DNA of 64,000 nt, taken from the IMG/VR virus record IMGVR_UViG_3300028048_000131; one strand, 5' to 3'. The notes under the pieces are model-generated. The model ran no database searches. It was not told the DNA's origin and was given only the letters and a program-made list of their open reading frames with translations. Position numbers and translations under genes: made by a program. The DNA comes from an uncultured virus (IMG/VR IMGVR_UViG_3300028048_000131) (taxonomy: Duplodnaviria > Heunggongvirae > Uroviricota > Caudoviricetes). Below are positions 45,458-55,254 of this stretch, in pieces. Position 1 is the first letter of the stretch; every line of letters begins with the position of its first letter.

Positions 45458-46008
45458 CTTTTATCGAAGCCACTTTCCAACATAAGCTCATAGAACTTCA
45501 TATGCTTATATACAACTGCGTCTATAACGGACTTCGGCAAAGCAGTTACATGTTCAGGATCAGTAAGCACATTATAGGTGTTGTCCAGCCAGACTTTATC
45601 TGATACATGTAAGGGCAGCTCCTTCAAAATTGCCCTGGTAAGCGCCTTAATGTCTTTTTTAACAGGAGTGTCTCCGGCAATCTCAATAGTTACCACAGGT
45701 AAGAAGGTATATAACTTGCTTATAACCAACTGAAGCTTATCCTTAGTCTCGGGGTCTTGTACAGTATCCTGTTTCAAAGAGGCCAGCAGCATGGTATCCT
45801 TGGTCTGCTCATCAAGATCTGCAACAGTTATAGTTACAGTATTATTATATAAGAAGTATGTCTTGGTATACATTTCTCCGGAAACGATGGAAGCAACATA
45901 TCTATCCAGATCTACCTGTTTTACTTTTACAGGTTTCTCCAGTGTAAGCTTCCCGCAGCAGGGACAAATCACAAATTCCTGTTTCTGTTCTTTAGTTTCT
46001 TCCGGCAT
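45430..46008 (-). CDS. tail assembly chaperone
   Basis: AGGAG RBS, MPEETKEQKQEFVICPCCGK; upstream of tape measure, with slippery site near its end. Confidence 0.7.
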   Translation of the reverse strand: MPEETKEQKQEFVICPCCGKLTLEKPVKVKQVDLDRYVASIVSGEMYTKTYFLYNNTVTITVADLDEQTKDTMLLASLKQDTVQDPETKDKLQLVISKLYTFLPVVTIEIAGDTPVKKDIKALTRAILKELPLHVSDKVWLDNTYNVLTDPEHVTALPKSVIDAVVYKHMKFYELMLESGFDKSFFEGIVQD

Positions 46009-46009
46009 T

Positions 46010-48532
46010 TTAATTCTCCTTTTCTGTGTATGTTTTATAGGCACCGTTTATATTGTTCGAATATAGCGGTTTAAAAGTTTCCGGATCAAGTTCAAGCATA
46101 TTGCAGCCTCCCTCCCATCCTTGTTTACCCGGATAAGAGTACGTCATAGCTTCTTCATTTCCAGTAGAAAAAGTTGTTATGCTCTATAAAAGTTTATATC
46201 CGTCTGGTACAGACAGCTGCCAGCACATAGTTGGCATATGTTCTGCTGTCCAGCCTTCTTGGAATTTAAACTCTTTGGTGCAGATATAGTCATCCGTATA
46301 CCAATCCTGCAGATGCTGCGCGTAAGTTATGGGAGGACTCTACAAAGTCTCTCTGAACATCCTGTCAAGCTGCTTATTAAAGCGGGTAAGCTGTTGCGCA
46401 TCTGTACCAGGAATCTCTTTCTTGGCTATCGTACTCAGCACCATATAATCTTTACCCTGTATTTGGCCTCCTGCAACAAGCCCTCCTTTGGCTGTAATAT
46501 CTCCACTGCTCTGAATAGCTCCTCTGACATGTAATATAGTATTGCCGCTGCCCCCGGCTATCGTTATTGTCTTCTGTTCTGTCAGCCCAACTTCTATAGT
46601 ATATGTATCTTTGAAATTGCCCAGGAATAACAGACTGGAGTTTATATTTGTAGCTGGTGCTATTATAGTTATATCCTGTCCTCTCAGTTGAATCCCAACT
46701 CCTTGGTCTTCGCCGCAGGCATAGATACCAGTTTGTTGTCCAGTAAGTCGCAGCTATTCTTGTGCCTACAAGCGCAGGATCTGCCCTTCAATAAATATAG
46801 AGCCTTCTCCTGTAGAAGCTGCTGCTCCCTTGTTCTAGGTCCTCTTATCGTTAATACCTATATGCATGTCTTCAGAGGATGTTAATGTCAGCTTCCCGTT
46901 GCTTCGAATAACCATGCCGTTATTTATATCAGACTCTGTAGATCTGTTCTACAATACGGTATATCCATTTTCACCATTAATGGCAGAGGCAAGTATAAGG
47001 TTCTGCTAAGCACCTGCCCTGATATTCTTTTTAGAGGCTAATTCAATCTCTCCGTTAGCTGTTGTATTGCAATGCCTGGGAACTATTTGTATAAGATCTC
47101 TTCCAGGGCGGATAAAGGTATCTAAAGCACTGGAAATATAAATGTTCCCGTGGCTCATGGTTATCTGGCTCCCCCAACCATCCTTCAACGTTATGCTTCC
47201 ATCGGGGTCCTGTGTAATAAAAGAATGGTTATTATATCTTTTGGCGCTCTTTTTAGTAAGAGGATCCTATGTCTATACAAAAGGATAGTCAGATAGGAAC
47301 TAGCCGACTTGTATCTAGTTATCCGGGAAGGCCATAAAATCACTGTAAGGAGCAGGGAAAGGATCTAATTCCTCGTCTATAAGTTCCTATACGGTGCTGC
47401 CCAGCATATCTTTGATTAAGGCCCTTGCATCTATCTAAGTAAGAACAGCCTACAGCTGCAGAGCCTTCTATATACCGTTATCACTGAAAGTAACTTTTTC
47501 CAAGTTCTATAGAGTAACTCTGGCACGATCTTTTCTACCAGTCAGCTCTTCCTCTTTCTATGCAGGTGAAGAGGGCAGTGGCTGCTAAACTATCCCTGAT
47601 ACCTATGGAGTTTTAATGGACATATGTCCTTGTACAGACAGATGCAACTTAGAGCCTTCATAAGATGTCATATCGGAGGCTACTACAGGAGAGGCTTCCT
47701 CGTTCGACTGTAAAGGACTTACTATAGTCTAGCAAAGCCCGTTTACGACGCCCCCGCTGAACTGCTGTGCCCTGAATAAAGGAGGAAGTATCTGTTCGGA
47801 AAACTCCAGCTTTAAAGGATCCTTATTACTTTGTTTGATGTCCAGCGGCTTTTCTTTCCAGGCCCTTCCTCCGATCCCCTCTAAAGCTCCTGAGGCCTTA
47901 AGCTGCTTATTTATTTTTGTAGAGATTGTCTGTTTATCGCTAAGAGAGTCCAGTTCCGCTTGTATGGTGACCGTAGTTATTTTGTCCTACAATGCAGACA
48001 TAGAGATATAAGAAGCAGGGGAGCCTTTGACAGTTAACTGGGCTCTTCCTACAAAAATGCCGCCTCCATAGCGTTCCCCCATATAAAGGTCGCCCTAGAA
48101 CTGGTCCTCTTGCCCTCCAACAGAAGTAGCATGCTCTTTACCTCTGTTGGTACGCTCTATTTCTCCTAGTATATTGTCCAGGAATCCTGTGTTGCTTATA
48201 CCAGGAATACCCTAGTGGGAAGTCAGCTTATTGGTCTAAATAATGCCCTGCGGCTAGGTTCCTTGCGGGTTATAAGCAACGGCGTAGTATTTATCTGTGC
48301 CGGTTTCTCTTCGATAGGTCACTAAAGTGCCTGCTACAGGAGCCTAGACTATACTAGTACCAAGAATGCCCCCACAGGATTTCAATCTACAGATAATGGG
48401 TGGCTGTCCTTGGTTAGAGCCCGCGGGAAGCACCAGTGCCCAGCCCAAAGAAGGAAAAGCTGCCTGTATTACACCTGTATATAGAGCGGAATCGAGAAAC
48501 TGCTATTTTCTCTATTGTATAGTATCTGCCAT
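46010..48532 (-). CDS. gp5/VgrG-like baseplate spike protein (TAG-recoded)
   Basis: 840-aa frame with N-terminal OB-fold-like segment and beta-repeat region (TLKDGWGSQITMSHGNIYISS). Confidence 0.6.
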
Positions 48533-48544
48533 AAGTCACCATAT

Positions 48545-48577
48545 AAAAATGCGTCTGCAGAAGCCTACAGACGCATT
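48545..48577 (-). terminator. intrinsic terminator after tail tube gene
   Basis: AATGCGTCTG/CAGACGCATT stem plus T run on minus strand. Confidence 0.65.
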
Positions 48578-48605
48578 AAAGGAAAAACAAGTATCTTATT
48601 TAAGG

Positions 48606-49163
48606 TTACTGTATACCAGTAAGTGCGCGTGCAAGGTTTCCTGTTGTACTTCCACCATTTGAAGCACTGGACTTCCAATCAAAGTCGTCGAAGATAGCTG
48701 TAAAGATACCCTGAGCGATTGTTAACGCACCTTGTGTAGAAAGTGAGAAACGTACACCCTGCCCAAAGCAGCCTTTTAAGGTCAGTGTTTGCGGCTGAAT
48801 CTACTTCGCATCTTTGCATTTAGTTTTATCTGAAGTACTGGTAGCTATTTCGAGCCAAAAGGTAGAACAAGCCGAACCAAACTCAGTTAAAAAGGTATCT
48901 ACAACTGAGCCGGGACCTATAATGGTCTACAGCTGTACGGTGCCGGTCGGATGACCAACAAGTTTAATCGGCGTTCCGCCGCTTAGCGGATAGCGGGTAG
49001 AAACGTCTCTGGTAAAATTAATTGTTACACCCTAAACAGCCGCTAAAATAGCCGCGTCCACCTTAGTTTTATTTTTGCCTTTTAGCATTTTTACAGATGC
49101 GGACTGCAAAGACCATACTTCAGGCGTTTTATTTTCATATGGATTCTGAAGAACTTGTGGCAT
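48606..49163 (-). CDS. putative tail tube protein (3 in-frame TAG)
   Basis: GAGGTG RBS; 185 aa immediately after the sheath; V*GVTINFTRDVSTRYPL...GTVQL*TIIGP. Confidence 0.7.
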
Positions 49164-49171
49164 ATATCACC

Positions 49172-51220
49172 TCAACGCATATAGAAAGTTATATGGAATC
49201 TGTTGAAAGGTTTGGGCGGTTCGCCTTCTACCTAAGCATAGATACGATCTTTATAGACCTAATCCTGTTTGATAGATATAACAGATCCGGAAATCAGCTG
49301 CGGGCCAATATAATCATCTACGTATTCCATGAACTTATCAAGTTTATAGTTAAGCGTAGATTCCAGCAGATCGATCATCACAGGAGAAATGTTGGTGTTG
49401 CCAACCAGGTCCCGACCGGTTACTTTCAGAGAGAGCCCGATGCTGTCGATATCGCAGACAATGGACTGCTCATCGTAATTAACATCACCAGAGGCTACTG
49501 AAGTAAGCTGTCTGCGGCTGATGCAAGTACCATCTTCCCTCATACCAACACGCCAGAAACCGGCAGCACCGAGTTTACGGCTCTGAGAAGCTGTAAAGCC
49601 GTGGGCTTCTGTAGTTGTAATTGCTTTCATTGCAACGTTGCTGAGCGGTGCATGCGGATAGGTACCGGAGCGTTTACCTGCAAGAGCTGCTGCAACACAG
49701 TAGTTAGGAACAGCCATTGTGCTGTTGTACATAGCACCGTCTGCGATAGCGAAGCTGCAGCGCTTATTGGCAATATCTTTCCAAGCAATAATGGACTCGA
49801 TAATATCGGCATTATCAGAGAGTGTCTTATAGATTTCGACAACATCCGAAGCATCCAGTGTAGCACTGTAGTTACCCTGCAGCCAGATAATGTTTTTGTG
49901 GTTGGAGCTGTCGATAACAGCTTCGTAACCACCGCTATAACGGAAGATATCTCCGCGAACGATTGTTCCAACCTGCAGCAGAGGACTGCCAGTAAAAGTA
50001 ACACGGGTAAGGCTGTTGCTGGCTTCATAAGCAACCGAAGCAACGCTCAGAGAAATTCCGTTTGCAGGAAGAACAAGTTCTTCTGTCGGGATCTCTTTGC
50101 TGGCATACAGATACTTGAAGTAAGGAATCTCTTCCTGGGACTGCTTTTCAACGAACTGAAGAAGAGCCGCTGTAACTTCTTTATTATCTGTACACGGAAC
50201 AATGCCGTAGATACCGTCTTTATCTGCGATAAGATCAAGAGCTTTGCTATAAGCTTCGACCATAGCATCTGTCTCTTCCGGATCGCTTTCCAGTGCCACG
50301 AAGTAAACGAAGTTTCCTTCCGACTCTTCAACAGCATTCGCAACAGCGATTCCCAGCGGATTTTCAGGACAAACCTTTCCAAGAAGGTCTGCAACATAGT
50401 CCACATCAGCCACCTGTCCGTAGATCTTAGTGAACTTATCTGAGCGTACACGGTACTCAGCGTAGAAAGCGCCAGCTGCAATCGGATACTTTACAGCTTC
50501 GCCATTACCAAGAAGATCAAGTTCTTCGGATTCAGCGCCTGCTGCAACAGTAATATTTTTATCCCCGGCTGTAATGCTGTCAGCACTGACATAGCAGTTC
50601 ATTACCTTATAGAACTTAACTTCAGCAATAGAGGCACCTGCAGGGAAAGTTTTGGAAAGTACACACTTAGTATATTTTCCGTTGGAATCCTTCAGGAATC
50701 CGATTACGGTACAAGAAACAACAGAGCTGTCAGAATCATCCAGAGTAACTTTGGCAACGTCACCTTCCAGAACCGGAACGGCAGTTACCTCAGCATAAGG
50801 ATCTTTGAAGACGACTTTTGTGCCGTTCAACTTAACGGTCAGTGTATCATCCCCATCTGAGAGTTCAAATACAGTAGCAACAGAATCAGAACCATTATAT
50901 GCTCTGAATTCAAGCTCTGCGTCACGAACCAGAACTTTCGCGCCATACTTGCTTACATGGTCCACAATGTTGTCAGAACCTGCCCGAGCAGGATAAGGAC
51001 GAACTGTGAGCCCTTCTGCTTCAGTATAGACCGTGTTGTATTCAGAGGCAGGGTAATTGTCAGCGCTGTCAAGACGAAGCGCCTCACCGAAATCCTCATA
51101 CTTACGCACAATATAATGGGGCCCTATTACACATGCTCCAAGAGTCGGTACAGTTCCTGCTGCGGAAGCTTTGTAGACCTGGTTCAAGGTAACAATAGGA
51201 TCACTATAATTTGCAATCAT
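49172..51220 (-). CDS. tail sheath protein (2 TAG near the C-terminus)
   Basis: ACVIGP, NPLGIAV, YGIVPCT, YCVAAALAG, ISRRQLT; read-through adds D*VYKDRIYA*VEGEPPKPFNRF to TGA. Confidence 0.82.
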
Positions 51221-51233
51221 AATTGTTTTTCCC

Positions 51234-51887
51234 TTATTGGTTAATAGTTGTCAATCCCAGCCCCCGGAAAACCGGACCTTGCGTATCGTGTGTCCAGCTC
51301 AATACACTGGAAGCTGCGACTGAAATTTCGCTCATATATACTTGTTTAGCGTTTCCCATCTGTCCATTAGGCACCGGTTGAACGGCACTTACCTGCATAA
51401 CTGCTATGGAGCTGATGTTGTTGCAGTCACTTTGTATCGACTAGCTGTTCATCATCAAAAACGTCTATATCAGCTACGCTAATAAGATTGTTCCGTCATA
51501 ACTCTATGTAACTACAGACACTATAACAGGGATCTGCTTGATCCTCCACTACAGATTAGGACTTGCCATAGGATTCCTGCCGAACTAGGGATTACCTCCT
51601 CTATTGACAGGTCTGGCCATATAGGATATTTCTCCAAGACTTATTATAATAGCTGGAGTAGTTCCCTAATATCTCTTGTCAGGAGAAAACGCACATCCGA
51701 CTTTTACACAGTCCTTATTGAGATTCCCTTTTGGATCATACATAAGGGAGACCAGTCTCTAATCCTTGATGTTCCGACTGTCGGCAAAGAAGTTGTTAAG
51801 AATATCCTTTATGTACTTGACAACCCGGCTCTGCTGTCCGAAAGCATCAGGAAGAGTACTTTTTTCTGTATAATCAGTAAGATTCAT
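51234..51887 (-). CDS. putative tail completion/terminator protein (TAG-recoded)
   Basis: 217 aa directly upstream of the sheath, ATGA overlap. Confidence 0.55.
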
Positions 51888-52708
51888 TCAAAGGCCTTCT
51901 TCCACTAGTCACCGCTTATGAAAGCTTCCTGTAAAACCTGTTGTGCTCTTGGAGTGTGAAGCACGTCGGAAAGCTCTAATAGGTGCATCTTCAACTGATA
52001 TATAAGCGGCACATGCTTGAATTTGGAAGCTATATCAGCTTGCTCTATATAAAACCGCTGATCAGTGTTATCATCTACCCAGACATCCCCGAGTTCTATA
52101 ATGGGCCAGGCTGTACACTTAGCCTGTAGTATCACAGATTTGGTGCTCCCTATCTGCTGTATACCCTAATTGGAACTCTATCCTACCTATAATATATTCA
52201 TAGGAATAGCTCTGTAATAGCCACCCTTGATGCCTGTTCCAAGACACACAGGACAGTGCTAGTTCACAGGAGAGTCATCCTAGAAGTGCATACAGGCAGG
52301 GCACTTCTAGCCATAGATGATCTTCTTCATAAGATATCCGGTGCGGCCTGTTTTCTACATCTAAAGCTAGCTGAGACGAATAAGATTGCTTGCCTAGGAA
52401 CTATATGGATAGCTCAGAGTGATCCCTGCCTGCTGGGGCTAAGAATAGTACTGCTGACCGTCCGCATTCATTCTAACTCTGTAGTAGTCGTTATTGTATT
52501 TGTTGCGGTTGGTTCTTCTATTATCTATATAACAATAGCTTACAGGCAGGCCCTCTGCTAAAGTCTACCACGTTCCACCACTGCGAGCATATTCTACTGA
52601 CAGTAAAGTGTCCTAAGGCAGTGTTATTCCTGCGTCGAACTACCAGGAGAGCGCCCTTGAATTATTGGCCAATATAAATACTTTTAAAGCTTTGAACGGA
52701 CTGGACAT
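51884..52708 (-). CDS. putative neck protein with zinc finger (TAG-recoded)
   Basis: CPVCLGTGIKGGYY motif; contains ORF 51905..52135; 274 aa. Confidence 0.6.
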
Positions 52709-53613
52709 CAATGCCACCAGCGCTAAGTACTTTCAAGATAGATATCAGAGATGCTTCCCATACACTCAAGCATATTCAGCTAGCTCTTTTTAGTCTGCAC
52801 CCAGCTTTTCCATTCTTGCAGGGCATTCTGAGCGAGCTGCATGTACATCTGTCCCTTGTCATTATCATCGTAAGTGAGACCTGCGTTGGCATGTCTCATC
52901 TGGTTTCTCATATATCTGTAAGAAGCCATCTTGAAGAGATAACCCGAAGCTCCTGTGCAAAGGTTGCTTCTAAAAGGAAAAGTAGAAACAGTAAGATTCC
53001 TGGAAAGCTGAGGAGGCATCTAGTTCCAGTCCTGTACTGCGCGGTCCATGCATCTGGCAATAACGATGTCTGAGAACTAAAGGTCATTGAGGAGCTAGTT
53101 CTGCTGGCCTGAAGTGTCATACATCTACATTCTTACCTAAGCAATGGTAAGCGGCCTGAAGCCACAAGGGCACGGACTCGCCAGGGAATGCTCTATCTAA
53201 AGACAGCATTTAAAGATATGTCTGAGAACTCCGTCCTAGTCCCTGCACTGGAACTAGGCATAGTGAAGCCCCTAATTGCATTCAGTCTGCTAAGGGCCCA
53301 GAGAAAAAGTTACTTTTCCATTACCCTGATACTAACAGGGAACTTCAAAAATATAGCAGCCTCTGTTCTAAGCAAGACACGCCAATTTTACATTATCAGT
53401 AGAATATAACTCTGCGGGAATAGTTCCCTACAGATCTTGTGTAAGCTGTACGATAAAGTCCGCAGTAAGTCCTGCAGTAGTTCTTATTACAGGCACTCCA
53501 TAAGAAGAAGCTGCATGTCCGGTGGCCGCTTGGGAAGCCTGCCCGTCGGCGCCTCCACCGCCCCCAATACCGCCAGCTCCTGGAGTTGCTTCAGGTATGC
53601 AAATATCAGCCAT
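52708..53613 (-). CDS. putative head-tail adaptor (TAG-recoded)
   Basis: TIA*VRM*MYD...N*LLNDL*FSD...WN*MPP...RYMRNQM; joins ORFs 53428..53613 and 52780..53019. Confidence 0.65.
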
Positions 53614-53849
53614 TAATTAATCCTCCTGTGTGCAAATAAAGGCATAAACATAAAAGCAGCACATATACAAATAGTTATAGGCCAGCCATATCCTTTTTGT
53701 TCTGGCTCAGGATCCTTTAGATCTGCTGTCTTCTTTGCGGAGACTTCTACTTGTACAATAGTCGCAGGTTCTTCAGCATGGCTCTATGAGGTCTAAAAAA
53801 TACACCCGCATAGGCATAGGCAAGTCAACAGCAGACACAATAAGCGCAT
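53613..53849 (-). CDS. lipoprotein with C-terminal TM, unimolecular spanin candidate (2 TAG)
   Basis: MRLLCLLLTCLCLCG|C lipobox, polar linker, WPITICICAAFMFMPLF; 78 aa. Confidence 0.55.
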
Positions 53850-54139
53850 CATTTATCCTTAAGTTGATCTTGTATATCTTTAAGAACCGAAAGCAGCTGT
53901 GTTTGTAAAGGATCAGGGGGCAGCGGGCACTGATTAAAAGTTCCATCGGAGTTGCAGCACGGGAATCTACTGCGGCGTTCCTGACAGAGTGCCTCGGAGA
54001 CTTTGTCCGTAAGTTTATTGTCCAGCGTCATGAACTTGTTTTCCAAGTGATCAAGGCGCTTGGTGAGGAAGGCTATAAGCCAGGCGAAGCCTCCTAAGAT
54101 GGCTGCCACAATTGATATGACCTGAACTGAAGTAAACAT
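53849..54139 (-). CDS. holin-like membrane protein
   Basis: single N-terminal TM then coiled coil; adjacent to the spanin candidate. Confidence 0.5.
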   Translation of the reverse strand: MFTSVQVISIVAAILGGFAWLIAFLTKRLDHLENKFMTLDNKLTDKVSEALCQERRSRFPCCNSDGTFNQCPLPPDPLQTQLLSVLKDIQDQLKDK

Positions 54140-54181
54140 GCTGTTCCTTATATAGTTTCTTTATAAAGGGGGGCGGGTAAG

Positions 54182-54209
54182 TTGAAGTTTGAAGGCTGTG
54201 GTGTAAGTT
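54182..54209 (+). promoter_or_regulatory. sigma70-type promoter
   Basis: TTGAAG-N16-TAAGTT, TG before -10. Confidence 0.45.
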
Positions 54210-54226
54210 ATGGAAAAGGAGGAATT

Positions 54227-54790
54227 ATGAAGAACTTCGAAGAGTACATCTTGAGTTACACAGTGCAGCCTATAGCAGGAGTTTCTACACTAAGAGGAGT
54301 TAAAGCGGACCTGACAGTATCACTGCCGCTATTCTATAAAGACTATAGGGAGGAACACCCTGATAGCACTGAAACAGAGGCTATAGAGGCTTTATGGAAG
54401 CTTGTGGATAAGTGGTCTAAGGAGAATCATATAGAAGAACTCGGATGTACATTGCAGGCAACGGACGAAGAAACGGAGAAAGTTAGAAGAAGTGAGACAA
54501 AATATTTGAAGAGTCTCGAGGAATATATTATTCCGGAAGATCTTAAGTCAGGACAGTTGCCACACACTTTGGCTAGGTATGACTACTATACAATGGTGAA
54601 GGATTATATGGCAGAACATCCAGAAGCGGACTCCAGGCAGTTATTGCGAGACCTTATGCAATTTACCTCAGGGACAGGAAATCCCAGAACTATGTTAAAG
54701 GCCGTGGGGGATATATCTGATTCAGAGTCTCTGGTAAGTTTTACTGTATATGAAACAGTGGGTTATAATAAAGGGTCTTTTCTGGCTTGA
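54227..54790 (+). CDS. YqeY/GatB C-terminal-like tRNA-binding protein (divergent)
   Basis: AGGAGG RBS; STLRGVKADL, ETEAIEALWKLVDK, YLKSLEEYI.P, LMQFTSGTGNPRTMLKAV line up by eye with YqeY helices. Confidence 0.5.
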   Translation: MKNFEEYILSYTVQPIAGVSTLRGVKADLTVSLPLFYKDYREEHPDSTETEAIEALWKLVDKWSKENHIEELGCTLQATDEETEKVRRSETKYLKSLEEYIIPEDLKSGQLPHTLARYDYYTMVKDYMAEHPEADSRQLLRDLMQFTSGTGNPRTMLKAVGDISDSESLVSFTVYETVGYNKGSFLA

Positions 54791-54814
54791 CAAAAACAGA
54801 AGAAGATGTAAGAT
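54787..54814 (+). promoter_or_regulatory. sigma70-type promoter upstream of the tRNA
   Basis: TTGACA-N16-TAAGAT. Confidence 0.6.
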
Positions 54815-54921
54815 AATAGTACAAGAGGTTGGAGCCGCCTACTTCTTGGCACAAGTGACCCTTCTGCGGTCCTCCAGAAGAGAGCTTCGGGCGAGGTGCC
54901 CGGGCAGAGGGCCATTTAAGG

Positions 54922-54949
54922 TTGACTTTTAGGTACAGTGATGTAAGAT
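54922..54949 (+). promoter_or_regulatory. second sigma70-type promoter upstream of the tRNA
   Basis: TTGACT-N16-TAAGAT, shares GATGTAAGATAA with the previous promoter. Confidence 0.6.
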
Positions 54950-55078
54950 AAAATATGAGCAGCCACTCCGGAGGGTTGTGAGGTTCCTGAAAAGGAGCTG
55001 TCCGGAAGTTCTTTGAAAAGCGCTTATGAAAGATATAAAGAGTTTTCATAAGTCGTTGCTAATAAAGCATTTATAACT

Positions 55079-55152
55079 GCCCGGGTCGTCTAAAAGAAGG
55101 ATACTGCGCTCTAAACGCGGAGATTGGATTGCAAAATTCCAGCCGGGTACCA
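55079..55152 (+). tRNA. amber suppressor tRNA (anticodon CUA), tRNA-Glu-like body
   Basis: Acceptor GCCCGG/CCGGGT plus ACCA, D stem GTCT/GGAT, anticodon stem CTGCG/CGCGG with loop CT-CTA-AA (55111-55113), 4-nt variable loop AGAT, T stem TGGA/TCCA; atypical D and T loops. Confidence 0.85.
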
Positions 55153-55162
55153 AGCAATTTAC

Positions 55163-55223
55163 AGAGGGCTAGAGAGTGCAGCTCGAAAACCTGTTCCCTA
55201 GCAGGCCGCCCTCTTTCTTTTTT
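55163..55223 (+). terminator. branched hairpin with U-tract between tRNA and endonuclease
   Basis: AGAGGGC/GCCCTCT closing stem followed by TTCTTTTTT. Confidence 0.55.
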
Positions 55224-55254
55224 CACCTAGGGAAGTAACAATAGGGAGTTATTT

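Noticed and set aside
49601..50443. 280-aa plus-strand ORF
   Set aside because: Antisense shadow of the tail sheath gene.
25381..53409. Many short plus-strand ORFs in the ORF track
   Set aside because: They lie antisense to continuous recoded minus-strand genes. The one plus-strand gene I accept here (27029..27424) is not in the track.
21148..53849. Decayed prophage with pseudogenised structural genes
   Set aside because: The interruptions I traced are TAG only, frames are preserved, gene ends are coupled to the next starts, and a CUA tRNA is present.
55079..55152. Pyrrolysine tRNA
   Set aside because: 5-bp anticodon stem and 4-nt variable loop are unlike tRNA-Pyl, no pyl genes were seen, and TAG is far too frequent.
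55153..55223. HDV-like (theta) ribozyme at the tRNA 3' end
   Set aside because: I could not build the nested double pseudoknot or find the catalytic J4/2 strand, and CCA is already encoded.
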